Positions 1 to 12,904 of a stretch of 64,000 nucleotides of DNA are shown here, in pieces. The notes beneath the pieces are model-generated. The model was not told where the DNA came from. It made no database searches and was given only the letters and a program-made list of their open reading frames with translations. This DNA is from Eledone cirrhosa (taxonomy: Eukaryota): assembly GCA_964016885.1 (NCBI GenBank), contig OZ024742.1, positions 234,918,001 through 234,982,000 on the forward strand, read 5' to 3'. Positions within the stretch are counted from its first letter, which is position 1, and each line of letters starts with the position of its first letter. The position numbers and the translations under genes are program-made.

Positions 1-312
1 AAAGCAATCGAAAGGTTGTGAGTTCAATTCTCAGACCGGGTGATGTGTTGTTTCCTTGAGCAAGACACTTTATTTCACATTGCTCCAGTTTACTCAGCTG
101 TAGAAATGAGATGACAGGGACTGCGGTCCCTATCATTCCACTGCAAAGTGGTCGTGGAGGTGCCACGGCAAAAAAGCACCCAGCACTCACTGTAAATGAG
201 GTTGGTGTTAGGAAGGGCATCCAGCTGTAGAAATCAAGCCAGAATCAGTTCCCGTCCCACCCTTGCAAGCAGGGAAAAAGCGGACGTAAAATGAAATGAT
301 GATGATGATGAT
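1..312 (+). mobile_element. tRNA-derived SINE, family A, with RTE-type 3' tail ending in (GAT)n
   Basis: B-box-like GAGTTCAATTC near position 20. Near-identical copy at 63390-63672. The 3' half matches the 3' UTR of the RTE LINE at 26070-26261 (reverse complement). Ends ATGATGATGATGAT. Confidence 0.85.
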
Positions 313-342
313 ACCCTGAAAAAAAAAAAAAAAATTATATAT

Positions 343-513
343 AGTATCGCGAAAGGGTCAGACGACATGCTTTGAGTTACGGCCCTTGCCATTCTGAGTT
401 CAAATCCCGCCGAGGTTAACTTTGTCTTTCATCCTTACGGGGTCGATAAAATAAAGTACCAGTAATGCACTGGGTATTTGTGGCCTTGTGCCAAAAGTAG
501 AAACAATTATATT
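343..513 (+). mobile_element. tRNA-derived SINE, family B
   Basis: B box GAGTTCAAATCC, conserved core CTTTCATCCTTACGGGGTCGATAAAATAAAGTACCAG and tail GCCTTGTGCCAAAAGTAGAAACAATTAT. About 20 copies in the window. Confidence 0.85.
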
Positions 514-519
514 TATATT

Positions 520-1487
520 ACTATCAGCAGGACCCAACGTTGCACGGGGTAGGAAACGTGAAATAGCAACGCGCATACGCAAAGATTGAGGAATATAGCT
601 GTGTACCTTTTGAATTCCCTTATTCTCAGGGAATGATTGAGGAACGACGTAGTCAATTGTGTGAAAACCAAGTAAGAATGGACATTTAAGTAGGGATATT
701 GAATTGACGAAATCAGCATGGCAACGCAGCTGCAGCAGAAGGGGGTCATAGTGCACAAACGCTGGGCGGCACTGGTTGCACTGCGTTTACACAGCAACAA
801 AGACGCGACAAAAGGGGTCACCGCGGAATTAGCACAACCGCTTTTCGGCATACTTGCGCAGGGCGTTCAAACTGCGGTGTAGGTGCAACAAAAGGGGTCT
901 TACTAGAAGTAGCACAGATGTGAGTTTTTGGTGTCAATAGCACGGCAACGTACACATGGCCCGGATTTGCGCGTGATAAAAACACAAAGCGTCAACAAGG
1001 CGTCGACAAAAATTTTAAGGCCCTCCTCATTTCCTCAATCCCCCGAAAATGGTCCTGCTTAAAAGTAAGTAAGCGTTGTGTCCTCTGTTAAATAAACCAA
1101 ATTTTTAACGAAATATACGCTACTTACGATGTTTAATGAAAATGACATGTAATGCCCAATGGTAATTCGTAAATTTCCTAGAAAAGCATTAATGGAATCG
1201 TAATTTTTTTTGTCCACAACAATGCGAGGGGACTAACTAATATGTGCTGCAAATTTCGAGGAAATCGGCTGGATTATCTTTAAGTTACGCCTCATAAAAG
1301 CCTAACAATGCCTTTAAAATGCGGTTTTTCGCCTAATGCGGACGCTAGGGCAGAAAAAAATTAAATTTGTTTAGCCCATTGCACTTCAAGAAACGCATGT
1401 GTAAAGTTTGAAAAAATCGGTCAGGTACTTCTCGAGTTTTGGGGATTTACACAGACAGACAGACATCCTCTGTTTTATATATATTTA
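520..1487 (-). mobile_element. Non-autonomous Helitron-like element
   Basis: Minus-strand 5' end TATATATAAAACAGAGGATGTCTGTCTGTCTG has a (CTGT)n tract. 3' hairpin CCCGTGCAACGTTGGG lies about 10 nt before a degenerate CTAG. Internal 70-80-bp periodic AAAAGGGGTC repeats at 740-900. Confidence 0.6.
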
Positions 1488-1489
1488 TA

Positions 1490-1803
1490 CTAGCAGAATG
1501 GCCCGGCGTTGCTCGGGATTCTAAATATAGATTGGCATGTTTATCCCTCCTTTCTGAAACTACAGAGAAGTACGAGATACCTCGGCCTGGGGATGGTGTC
1601 TACATTTTGTGCTTATGAAAAAAATTTGTCGTAGATTACCAGGGGTTTAACTTAATTGGGTGCCTGAGAGTAAAATGTTCAACCCACGAAAGCCAAGACA
1701 ATAGGGTTATATAAAAAGGCATTCGACAAACCGAACATGTATTTGTTGTGCTATGGTACAATGAGAGCAATAGTTACAGAGCAGTAAGCATTAGATATAT
1801 AGA
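1490..1803 (-). mobile_element. Non-autonomous Helitron-like element
   Basis: On the minus strand it begins A|TCTATATATC and ends with hairpin CCCGAGCAACGCCGGG followed by CCATTCTG-CTAG|T. Confidence 0.65.
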
Positions 1804-1821
1804 TATAGAGATATATATCTA

Positions 1822-2146
1822 TCTATATAATAAATACTAAAAGTCTTGATTGCTTGCTTGTCTGTAATGTAATACAGCCAAAAGGGTGCATAATGGGAAA
1901 ATACTTTGAAAGGAAGCTGCCCCTGAAATGGGAATACAAATGGAATAAAACAAGTTTCGCGTAAATCGGACCACGGATTCCCAAGATATGGGGTTTTTCC
2001 GGGTACCTTCATAAACAAAGAGAGAGAAAGATAGAGTGGAAGACATAGCAGTTGTGACAGAGTAGATTGGAATAGAGAGAGGGAGAGGAGACAGAGAAGG
2101 AGAATGGAAGAGAGAGAGAGAGAGAGAGCTGGTGGTGTATATGTGA

Positions 2147-2188
<42 letters not shown>

Positions 2189-2449
2189 ATATGTCTATGA
2201 CCAGTGTATATAGATCACAGACACCCACATATATTAATACACACATACACATATGTATATATGTATATACACACACATACATTTATATATACATACATAC
2301 ACGTATATATATGGGCCTTTCAGTTTCATTTCACATTATATTCATGTCTGTGAATATTTTAATTATTTAAAAATTATTTTTTTAAGTGAACATGATTTTT
2401 AAAAAATATTTTGAAGTGAACGTGACCCAACGGGTCACGGGTTGTCTAG
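1822..2449 (+). mobile_element. Non-autonomous Helitron carrying microsatellites
   Basis: Starts A|TCTATATAATAAA. Perfect 8-bp hairpin CGTGACCC-AAC-GGGTCACG (2421-2439), then CTAG|T at 2446-2450. Second copy at 21112-21814. Confidence 0.8.
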
Positions 2450-2673
2450 TATATAATATAATTAATAGAAGGGAAAGAATATTACAAACAGTAAGTTACC
2501 TCCCTTGAATGACATTTTTTTCCCCAACTCATCAGAATTGGGTGGTTTTAGTTCAATTCAAATAATAATTCAATTAATACGTAGCTAACAAAGCTTTCGA
2601 CTTATAAAAAAATAAGCGTTCAAATTCATCTTTTTAAAATATAAACAAGTTTAAACAAGTTGATAATAATGCG

Positions 2674-3310
2674 ACTAACCTAGGTTCTGCTGCATTTCGT
2701 GCCGAGGAGAGTAAACTCTCCAAATATAATAATTGTTTCTACTTTTGGCACAAGGCCAGCAATGGCCAGTACATTACTGGTACTTTATTTTATCTACCCC
2801 GTAAGGATGAAAGGCAAAGTTAACCTTGGCGGGATTTGAACTCAGACCGTAAAAGGACGTAACTATGCTGGAAAGCATGGCGTCCGACCTTCTACTGATA
2901 CTGCCAAATATAATAATGAAATTATTGTGTACAGTGCTCAGCTGCACTACAAATATCGGTCGCTCTCCAACAGGTTTGCGGTTGAGCCCGTAGCGGTGGA
3001 GACTTCTGGTGTGCTTGGTCCTAGGACCACCACCCTACTCACCACCATCGACACAGAGTTGGCTACCCGCATGTGTGAGCCTCGCGAACTTGAATGGTTC
3101 TTCCAGCGCGTCTCCCTTACCATCCTCCGGGGAAACACCTTTTATATATTGTCTGTCGGAGCCACGGGGGCGCGGGATGGTGGGCCCCATTTGTTCACAA
3201 TAGTGAAAGATGGGAAGAGACAAAGGCGGCAGTAACAGTGGGAGTTTTGTTCCGTTGTGTTTGGACCTGGTGTATATGTATGTATTTATTTACCACACCG
3301 CATTAACTGT
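2674..3310 (+). mobile_element. 3' fragment of a CRE-clade non-LTR retrotransposon (restriction-like endonuclease end), split by a SINE
   Basis: ORF 2927-3235 contains KYRSLSNRFAVEPVAVETSGVLGP...FQRVSL. Colinear with 56215-56580 and with 12911-13200 (rc). The insert is flanked by a CAAATAT duplication. Confidence 0.8.
2727..2910 (-). mobile_element. SINE family B
   Basis: Reverse-complement match to the family B consensus; A box TGGCAGTATC and B box GAGTTCAAATCC on the minus strand. Confidence 0.85.
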
Positions 3311-3930
3311 ATGTTTGAAAGTATTCTAAGTAAGATCAGATAAAGACGAAGTAAGGGAGACAACTTTATTGAAAAAATACAACCATATAGAAACAAAGAA
3401 AATATAAATCTCAATAAGTTTTTATAGTCTACACACAGCAAGATAAGTAGAAAACATTTCAGAGTTTAATCCAATGTGTAAGCAGAGTTTAATCGAATTG
3501 GCAGAGTCGCTAGATCGTCGGATAGAATGCTTTGTAGTAGTTGTTCCGGCTCTCTACTCTCTGAGTTCAAATCCTGCCGAGCTCAACTTTGTTTTCATCC
3601 ATTTAATGTTTATAAAAAAGTACCAATCTAATGCTGGGGTCGATTCTTCCTCTTTATCTCTTTTTCACTTCCATTCTCTCACTCTCTCTCTCTCTGGAAT
3701 AAATCTGCTGTATTCAGACCTGGAGATGGAATGGGCTCCTCTGCTGGGTTTTAAAATGTCCTAGATACACCATATGTCAATATGCCCCTCCCTACACACA
3801 CACAACTCAGGAGTTACAGGTCCATACAAACATACAAATGTCCAATCACAGTAGTGTTATAATCTCACAAAGTATATATATATAAACAAAAGATTAACAA
3901 GGATTATAATCATATATATATATATATATT

Positions 3931-4234
3931 GAAGAGTTAAACAAAATTTAATGAGTATATCAAAGAATGAGTTTTACAGTAGATTGGAAGCACTCTACAG
4001 TAAAATAATTTTCCGGAGTTATTAATATTAGAATATAAATATTAATAAAATAGATGTTCTTTTGATCAATTACATTTTATTATACATATTTCGATTAAAT
4101 CTTAACCATTTAACATCTCAGGGTATGTCATATATCATTATATTTTGTCTGATGAGGACGTACTGTTGTATATCCGAAATATGTATAATAAAATGTAATT
4201 GATCAAAAGAACATCTATTTTATTAATATTTATA

Positions 4235-4240
<6 letters not shown>
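3931..4240. mobile_element. Penelope-like or retrozyme-type remnant between (TA)n tracts, with a ~70-bp inverted repeat
   Basis: About 4027-4092 is the reverse complement of 4175-4240. Contains a hammerhead motif and is flanked on both sides by (TA)n. Confidence 0.55.
4137..4199 (+). ncRNA. Type I hammerhead ribozyme motif
   Basis: Stem I ATTATATTTTGT/ATAAAATGTAAT; core CTGATGA; stem II GGACGTAC-TGTT-GTATATCC (one mismatch); GAAA; minimal stem III; predicted AUA cleavage triplet. Confidence 0.65.
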
Positions 4241-4329
<89 letters not shown>

Positions 4330-4650
4330 GGCCCTTATGAGTACCCTTATATTTAATACCTTCAGTAAATTTAAAAACTTAGATATTTCTATAAGAGAGG
4401 GTTGTATATACAAACACAATAGTCCAGTGAATACAGTATATTTTAGATATCGAGTAATCTTTTGTTTATTTTCTCAGAATGTTGGCTGCCTATAATCTCA
4501 TACTACCACCCATCAGAATGAATACCCTTCCCTCTAACCTGAAGGTTTCTTCAGCACATTAAACTGGCCTTAATCAAATAGGCAGGTGTGCACTATAAGA
4601 TATATTGTATATTATCATGAATCTCAATATGAACCTATGTGCACTGATAA

Positions 4651-7163
4651 CACTGGTCAACAACCAAAATGCTTCCGAGACCAGGGTAGCAATTTTCAAC
4701 TAATTTTAGGTCGCTGATAATGAATATCATAGTTAAAACTGTTTGTTAGCACTACTTTTCAACATACATATACGTGTCACAGCAGGATCTAACAGGCTTG
4801 CGGCAGTGTGTTTCTTATCATACTCACAGTCCTACTGCCCTTCAGTAGTGTTCCAGCAGTCATAGGAGGTGGTTGTGCAGCGCAAGTTTATATATTGAGG
4901 TGAAAGGTAGATGATTTTTCTAGTCAAATACTTTTTTAACTTATAATAAATATTCATTGAGCAAGCTATTGATATGTATGTGAGGCATTTTATATTAGTT
5001 TTATTTTCCCACTGAATGATATAAATACTTCTGCTAAGCTGTCATGTTCTATATTATAATGATTAATTTATGAATTAATTATCTGTTTATCTTCTAATTT
5101 TGTTGTTTTCTTCTTATAGATGCCTTGGACTTGTGTGATAAGGCAGACAACTTCTGTTTCATTTGTGGTGAGGTGACCTTTGCATCGCAGAAGCACCATA
5201 TAACTGCTACGGTTAAAGAGGCATATCATCTATATTTTGAATGCAAGATTGGTGACCAGGATAAGACGTGGGCTCCCCACATATGCTCCACTTGTGCTAC
5301 TAACCTTCAGGAAGAGGGGAGGAATACCTTTTGCTGTGCCAATAACGTGGTGGGAGCCAACAGACTATATCGATAATTGTTATTTCTGCATGGTACCTCC
5401 ATTAAAAAAGGGCTTATCAAAGAAAAAAAATGAGTCCATTGAATATCCAAACATTCCATCAGCTATTTGCCCAGTTCCACGTGGAGAAGGTCTACCTGTT
5501 CCTGATGCACTAACTTTGGTATCCTTCGAGTTAGTTGAAGAAAGTAATGAGGAGGAAGCAGAGAAGGATGACAGTACTGGATTACAGAGTAACCCAAATT
5601 TTGATGAAGCACACTCCTCTAGACATGGAGCAAACTCCATGACCATGTCAGGGATCTACAACTACCTAAGAATAAAGCAGAGCTGCTAGGCTCTCATCTT
5701 CAACTGTGGAATCTCCTAGCAGCTGATGTGAAGATTTCAAAATTTCGTGAATCAGCAGTAGTTCAGCAATTTCTTCATAATGGAAGGTGATTTATTGGCC
5801 TGCAACAATACTAATGGCCTGATGGAAACACTTAATATTGAATACGAACCCAATCACTGGAGGCTGTTAGTCTGAAAGGTGTCTTGTCGCATAATGGCAA
5901 TAGTAAACCATCAGTTCCTGTGGAATATGCATCACATATGAAAGAAACTTATGAGAATATAAAGCATATGTTGCAATGCATAAAATATGATGAACATCAA
6001 TGATAGCTCAGTGGTGACTTAAAGGTTGTTGCTCTTGTGATGGACTTGCAGGGTGGATACACCAAGTGCTGCTGCTTTCTTTGTGATTGGGACAGATGTG
6101 CAAGATGTTCCCACTATATCAGGAAAGACTGGCGACCTCGTCAATCATTGGAGGATGGGATGAAAAATGTTCAACATCCACCTCTCACTGAACCAAACAA
6201 TATTTTGCTACCACCACAACACATAAAGCTGGGGCTCATGAAAAACCTTGTAAAAGTATGACGAATCCGGTCAGAGATTCAAGTATTTAACATCAAAATT
6301 CCCCTCACTGAGATAAATGAGGGAGTCTTTATTGGTCTTCAGATTTGAGAGCCTCTCAAAGATGGTCACTTTGAATCAGCCCTTCATGGGGAGGAAAAAG
6401 CTGCTTGGGAAGCATTGAAGCTAGTGGCGAAGTGATTTCTCAGAAACAGAAAGGAAGTAAACTATGAAGAATTAGTGGAAAACTCCATTAAGGCTTACAA
6501 GAACATGAGATGTAACATGTCACTTAAAAGCCACTTTTTGGATTCACATTTAGATTTTTTACAGTGAACTGTGGGGCTGTTAATGACAAACATGGTAAAA
6601 GGTTTTACCAATATATTTCAACCATGGAAAAGCAGTGCCAGGGCAAATGGAGCACAACATCGCTTGCAGAGTATTGCTGAACATTGGCAAGAGATGATTC
6701 TTCAGCCCACTATAAGTGTCAAGCAAAAAGGCAGAGTAGATACAGACTATAGCTTAGAACATAATGACACATATTGTACGTTATAATAAAATAATAAAAT
6801 ATTACATGTCGTGTATCTTTAAGCCCATAGCTAATAAGCATTTATCAAGGTGATATTTGGATTCAGGACATGAAAATACATAGGAATTAAATAATTGTTT
6901 CTACTTTTGGCACAAGGCCAGCAATTATCTCAGTGTATTACTGGTACTTTATTTTATCGACCCCTTAAGGATGAAAGGCAAAGTTAACCTCGGCGGGTTT
7001 TGAACTCAGTCCGTAAAGGGACACAACTGTGCTGCAAAGCATGGCGTCCGACCCTCTACCGATACTGCCAATCCACTGCCCTGGAATTAAATAACCGCCC
7101 ACATAGGAATTAAATAATCTCATTTAAGAAGCACACAACTTTTGAAAAAAATGTTAACTAGTG
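4651..7163 (+). mobile_element. Chapaev3-like (CMC superfamily) DNA transposon with a decayed transposase
   Basis: TIRs CACTGGTCAACA / TGTTAACTAGTG and 3-bp TSD TAA. Fragmented ORFs 5120-6720 carry DNFCFICG, GDQDKTWAPHIC, WEPTDYIDNCYFC, YTKCCCFLCDWD and LPPQHIKLGLMKN, with multiple stops and frameshifts. Confidence 0.8.
6891..7082 (-). mobile_element. SINE family B inserted in the Chapaev3 element
   Basis: Full-length reverse-complement match; flanked by the ACATAGGAATTAAATAA direct repeat. Confidence 0.85.
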
Positions 7164-8429
7164 TAATTTGCTAAACACTACCCTGTAATTTGCTAAACAC
7201 TACCTTTTTGAATGAAAGTATTTAAGAGTTGGTATAGCTGTCTCTTTGTATACATGTAATTGTATATATGGACATTTCGAGAGAAATACATTTTCAGGAA
7301 CCTATATTCACACAAATTAACCCTATTACAAATACCCCCCCATGAAAAAAAAAAACCAATGTAGCATATATGAGATTATCTGTAATGGTATATAGTTTGT
7401 TGTGTGCAAACACACAATTCTTGATGTATGAATCTATGGAGACATAGATGAATGTTTACTTAAAAGTCTGTTGTATACCCAGTTGGGGAGACATACACAT
7501 ATATATACACACACACACACATATATATATATGTAAGTGTGTATATATGTGTCCATGCGTGTGTGTATATGTTGGAGAGAATGAACCTGAGTTACATCTT
7601 AATACAGGCATCTTGGGAGATATGTATGTCTATGAAATCTATATGCACCTATGAGTATAGGGGGAGTATAATAAAATATGCATTTATATGTGTACGTGAA
7701 TTTACTTAAGTAGATGTGTGTGTGTGTGTGCACATATATGGGGACACTAACGTGCCTACACGATGTTTATGTGTATGTGATAATGTTCCCTTATGTAAAT
7801 GTTCCTTGTAGATGGTAAATGTAAATTTTAAAATTTTTTTTGCTTAATCCCATGATGAAAATTCTCAGGTTACTTTTCATGAATTATCTCCCTTTACTAG
7901 AAGTATAATAAGGTGTTTTTAAATACATTTTTTTATTTATATTTTTATCCCTCTATAGTTTGTAAGGTGTTAACATACGAACAGCGTGAAAAAAATAACA
8001 CTCGCATAGATTATGTGAAATGTTTCCCAACATCTCAAAGAATAGAATGCACATCTTTTTCGAGACATTTATACGAAAATAAATATGGTTTTTAAACGAA
8101 AGAAGTTATTTTCTCCGCTGCCACTCACGCGCGCGCGTGTGTGTGTGTGTTAAATGAAAAACATTGTATATAACTCTCAATGCCAAAATTAACAAGTGAG
8201 GAAGTGAGTTCAATTTCTCATGCATCATGTGAATGGAGATTTAGCTCTTAAGCATTTCACATAATGAAACTAGAGATAAGCACTGGCCCGATCAATATTT
8301 GAGATTCAGGAAAAGATAGAGATAACACGCTGGACAATCAACAGGCATTAGAATCACTTTGTAATTGGTTTCTTACGTTGGCACAAGGTCACATACCTTA
8401 GGGGAGGGTATAGTCCATTAAATGGGTGA

Positions 8430-8965
8430 TGAATTGACAGAGTCGTTAGAATGCTTATTGATATTCGTTCTGGCACACTGAGTTCAAATCAAGTTGAGGT
8501 TAATTTTAACTTTTATCCCTTCGGGGTCGATAAAAGAATTACCAGTCCATTACTGGCGTTGATTATTCTTTCTCGCTTCCCCTCATATCATTCTCTCGTC
8601 TTTTCTGGAAGAAATCTGCTGTGTTCAGATATGGACAATGTAATGTTCAAGACAGCCTGTATGTCACTACGGCACCCCTTCGACTCCACTAGAAGTTACG
8701 AGTCCATGCATACATAACTTATATTAAATCAACCTCAGTGCTTGACTGAGGCTTTATTTTATTAACTCTGGGTGGATGAAAGGCAAAGAGGCATCTTATA
8801 ATTGGTATCTGATTTAGACACAAAGCTAACAATTTTGGGAGAGGGGAAAGTCGATTAAATCAACCCCAGTGCAGTACTGGTATTTTATTTTATCGATCCC
8901 GTAAGGATGAAAGGCAAAGCTAACTTCGGCGAAATTTGAAATCAGAAATTAAAGGGACATAACTC
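8430..8965. mobile_element. Cluster of diverged family B SINE copies (one +, two -)
   Basis: Core motifs at about 8480-8545 (+), 8725-8790 (-) and 8800-8965 (-). Confidence 0.7.
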
Positions 8966-9105
8966 TATCCTATAATTGGCAAGTGTTTCGTTAGCTTGAA
9001 GTGATGACTTTTTCTCTTAGAAAAATACTAGGATCCTTAAATTATATCACAATGAATCAAGGAGGAAATCCCTACTCGATATCCCCGGCTGTTAGAACTA
9101 GCAAT

Positions 9106-9323
9106 GGTAAACGTATAGAATAGCGAACCGATGTAAGGGACGTAATTTGAAAAATATTTTTTTTCGAAATGAGTACCTATGTTAACTATATATATCTGTG
9201 TAGTATACATAAAGGTATACCACACACACATATATATATATATAGTTAACATAGGTACTCATTTCGAAAAAAAAAATTTCAAATTACGTCCCTTACATTG
9301 GTTCGCTATTCTATACGTTTACC
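9106..9323. repeat. ~85-bp inverted repeat arms around a TA/CA-rich spacer
   Basis: GGTAAACGTATAGAATAGCGAACC...GTACCTATGTTAACTA and its reverse complement at 9243-9323, with few mismatches. Confidence 0.85.
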
Positions 9324-9539
9324 CAAGCAATTAAATCATACTCAAAATATACTTTATGATCTGAAGTGGGGGAAAAGTAAACACAATTTCAGAAAATCTT
9401 GCGTTAACTCACACCCACACACAGTATACTCTAAATATACGGTAGCTGTTTTCCTATCAAATAGGTAAACACAAGAAATTAAGGGAACTTCTGCATAGTC
9501 ATTTGATCAGCTAAAAACAACATCTAAATCTTTCTCAAA

Positions 9540-9722
9540 TAACTGTTTCTACTTTAGGCACATGGCCAGCAATTACCCAGTGCATTACTGGTACTTTATT
9601 TTATCGACCGCGTAAGGATGAAAGGCAAAGTCAACCTCGGCGGGATTTGAACTCAGATCGTAAAGGGACGTAACTATGCTGGAAAGCATGGCGTCCGACC
9701 CTCTACCGATGCTGCCAATCCA
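9540..9722 (-). mobile_element. SINE family B
   Basis: Near-consensus reverse-complement copy. Confidence 0.85.
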
Positions 9723-9853
9723 CACCATCCAGTCTTAAACAAGGAAAGACACGTTAAATGATAAAGTCCTAGATACCCTTAAAAATCGTGATTTTTATCA
9801 TTGGAATGCGTTCGCTTTATTTTCTCAACAACAACAATAACAATAACAACGAA

Positions 9854-9895
<42 letters not shown>

Positions 9896-9924
9896 GTGTT
9901 GGACTGCTGTCAGTTCTGAGTTGA

Positions 9925-10530
9925 TTCGCCAAATGTTCCAGATCAATGGAACAGTCTGCTCGTGAAATTGACGAACAAGTGACTGGTATTCCAGTTCGCA
10001 GGGACAGTCAGCGTGACAAAACGGGCCCTTTAAATTACAGGTATGTAGCGGTGGTCTCCCTTGTTGCGACTCACAACCCCAATAGATTAACATCTAGACG
10101 GGAAGTAGAACCTTTTCTGTAACTTCCGGCAGAGCCCTATAAAACGAATAGCCTTCGGCTCTCTCCCTCTCATTTGCCCTTCCGGCGCCTGGCCTTAGCC
10201 AGGCGTCTTCTGCCAGCCGCGTTTGCCTGGCAATCAAAACAGTAACTACTAACTTTGCTTCATTCTATCATCTATTTCTTTGACATGTCAACTATACTGT
10301 TCTATCTATATCCATGATTGTTAATTAAATATTATACACACAAACCATGTCTCGTTTTGTTACATTCATACAACCCAGTATCTTCGCTATCGGTACATCT
10401 CATTGTTTTCAGCTGAGTTAACTGGAGCAACGTGAACTAAAGTGTTTTGCTCAAGGATATAACTCAACGCCGTGAACCGAACTCACAATCATCAGTCGAA
10501 CAGCCTAAACACTAAAGCCACGCGCCTTCA
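9925..10530 (-). mobile_element. Diverged SINE related to family A, interrupted by a solo LTR
   Basis: 10396-10530 (CAGCTGAGTTAACTGGAGCAACGTGAA...TGCTCAAGGA) is the reverse complement of the family A head and core. Confidence 0.6.
10044..10391 (+). mobile_element. Solo LTR (348 bp)
   Basis: Begins TGTAGCG and ends CGCTATC (degenerate CGCTACA). 4-bp TSD GGTA. TATAAAA near 10138 and ATTAAA near 10324. Confidence 0.65.
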
Positions 10531-10660
10531 CGTTCTTCACTCATCCACTGATGCAAAACCTTAGACACACCAACAATGTTATATCATGGAGTCACACATA
10601 CATCGTGTCATAATCAGTTTATACCTGGCAGAACCCATCGCTACTCCAGGTCTGAACATA

Positions 10661-10697
<37 letters not shown>

Positions 10698-11129
10698 ACT
10701 GTAGTACTATACCGGTACCTTTTCATCGACCTCCAAAGGATGAAAATCAAACTTGATCGCGGCGGGATTTGAACTAAGAGCACAGAGAGCATGAACAAAT
10801 GCCGCAAAGCATTTTATCCGACGTTTTAATGACTCTACTAATTGTAATTTAACAGCGATATTTGAACTCATAAAGAGTAATTAAATGTTAGAAACCATTT
10901 TTCCTGACGCTCTAACAATTCCGCCAATCTATCGCCCTACCTATTCAAAGTATTATCACATCTTATGCATTTGTGAATGGGTATGCCATCCACTACGTGA
11001 CAAGTTTTTTAAAGTATTTTTTCCTTTTATCATTGACCATGGTCTTTTATTTCTAGGATAAAACATTTCTCTTTCTTTGCTCTTGCTCGGTGTGATTGGG
11101 GAACTTCCTAAGTCAGCGATCCCAGAGTC

Positions 11130-11830
11130 ATCGTCGTACAGAGAGCCTACCAGGTCCTCCAGTGCCCTCCATCTCTGGCGGTCCCGTGTCCCTTTGCACC
11201 TTGTAAGTTGACGTCGAGCCTCTGGAGATTTTTTAATCATATCCAGCCATCCGGTGAGAGGCCTGCCACGGGGCCTCTTTCAGCCTGTAGCTGCTATGTT
11301 GAATGAGAGTAAGGCCCTAGTAGGATGATCTGGCGGGAGGCGGAGGACATGTCCGTACCAGTGCCTTCAGCAGATAGCTTTGAGTCTGGCGGCTGCGGGC
11401 TGATGCATGTGCGATTGCAACTCTTTGTTGGAAACATGATAGTACTATCTGATGTTCTCGGTTGTCCTTGGGGCTCTGCTATCGAAGCCGTTGATCCTCT
11501 TTGCCAAGGTCTTTGTGAGAGGCCACATTTCTGCTCCATAGAGGAGAAGAGGGAGGACTGACGCATTGTAGATACGGAGCTTCGTCTTCCGGGAGATAGA
11601 GCAATGGCGCCAAAGGAGCTGCATAACCCCTATACCCATACCACATCTGTCGTTGATCTCCGGGGTCAGGTCTCCATTGTTAGTGACTGTCGAGCCTAGG
11701 TAACTGAAGAAGCTGACAAACTCCGCGACGTCGGGGGCAATATGAAGCGTGGAAGGGTCTAACCATCTCCGACATGCATCAGCTTCATCTTTGCCTTGCT
11801 TACCCGAAGGCTAAGCTTTGCTGATTTCTC
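11130..11830 (-). mobile_element. RTE-clade LINE 3' fragment (pseudogene)
   Basis: Minus frames give FSYLGS, ISRKTKLRIYNASVLPLLLYGAEMW and RPRGRP-type RTE C-terminal motifs. Confidence 0.8.
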
Positions 11831-11834
11831 CTGG

Positions 11835-12142
11835 TATATGGTGTACGCATGGTTTGTGAGTGTTTGTGCGTATGTGTGTGCATGCGTGTGTTCGTGCATA
11901 TGTTTGTGAGTGCGCAGTATATATGAGTTTGTACATGCGTGTGGTGTGTGTGTATGTGTGCGTGCGATGTGTATGTGTACGTGCATGTGTGTGCGTTCTT
12001 GCGGTGTACGTGTATTTATGTGTGCATGCAATGTGCATGTGTATTTATGAGTGCGTGCGATATGTATGTGTATGTGAATGATTACGTGCGATGTGAGTGT
12101 GTGTGTGTGAGTGCGTGTGCGTGCGAATGTGTACGTGTGTGA
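11835..12142. repeat. Degenerate (TG)n/(TGCG/TGTA)n microsatellite
   Basis: Directly visible. Confidence 0.9.
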
Positions 12143-12705
12143 GTATAAAATCCCTGAAATATTATACCGGAATTATAACAACCTGTCATAGTGATTTAGC
12201 AAAAATTGTTGGTCGAACTTTGCCATATTTAATTTCGTCAGTCTCGGCTCTTAACTCAAATCCTATTCAGGTTTGCTATCTTTTCGTGGATATTAAACAA
12301 ATGAGGAAACTCCGACATAAGAAAAGAGTTGTCGTAATAAATATCTTCTTTGGATTCGTAACTCATCACAGAGTTGTAGGAGCGCCGTACCGACATATAG
12401 TGTGTCTTGGGCATTTTAAACGTAGTGGAGCCCATCCCTTCTCCAAGTCTGAACATAGCCGATCTCTTCCAGAAAAATGGATAGAGAAAGAGATGGGGGG
12501 GGGGGGAATAAGACATAGGAGAAGTATTAAACTGATACCTTTTTATCGACATCGAAAAGATGAAAGAGAAAGTAGACCATTGTGGGTTTTGAACTGGGAG
12601 TGCTGAGTGATGGAATGAATATCGGGAAACATTCCATCCGACATTCTAACGACTATGCCAATTTACCGTCTTATAATAAATATTGCCCCCAAAAAGAAAG
12701 AAGGA

Positions 12706-12753
<48 letters not shown>

Positions 12754-12904
12754 AACAAACAAACAAACAAACAAAGAAACAAACAAACAAGCAAGCAAAC
12801 AGTGTATAGTAAAATGTAACCCAGCCAATTCAAACCTCTCATTAAAACAATGGTTAATTCTTCATAATACTATAACTAGAGCAGTCAATTAGATACCTAA
12901 ATAT

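Noticed and set aside
343-513. tRNA gene calls at SINE heads
   Set aside because: A and B boxes are present but there is no full cloverleaf, and each head is attached to a SINE core and tail.
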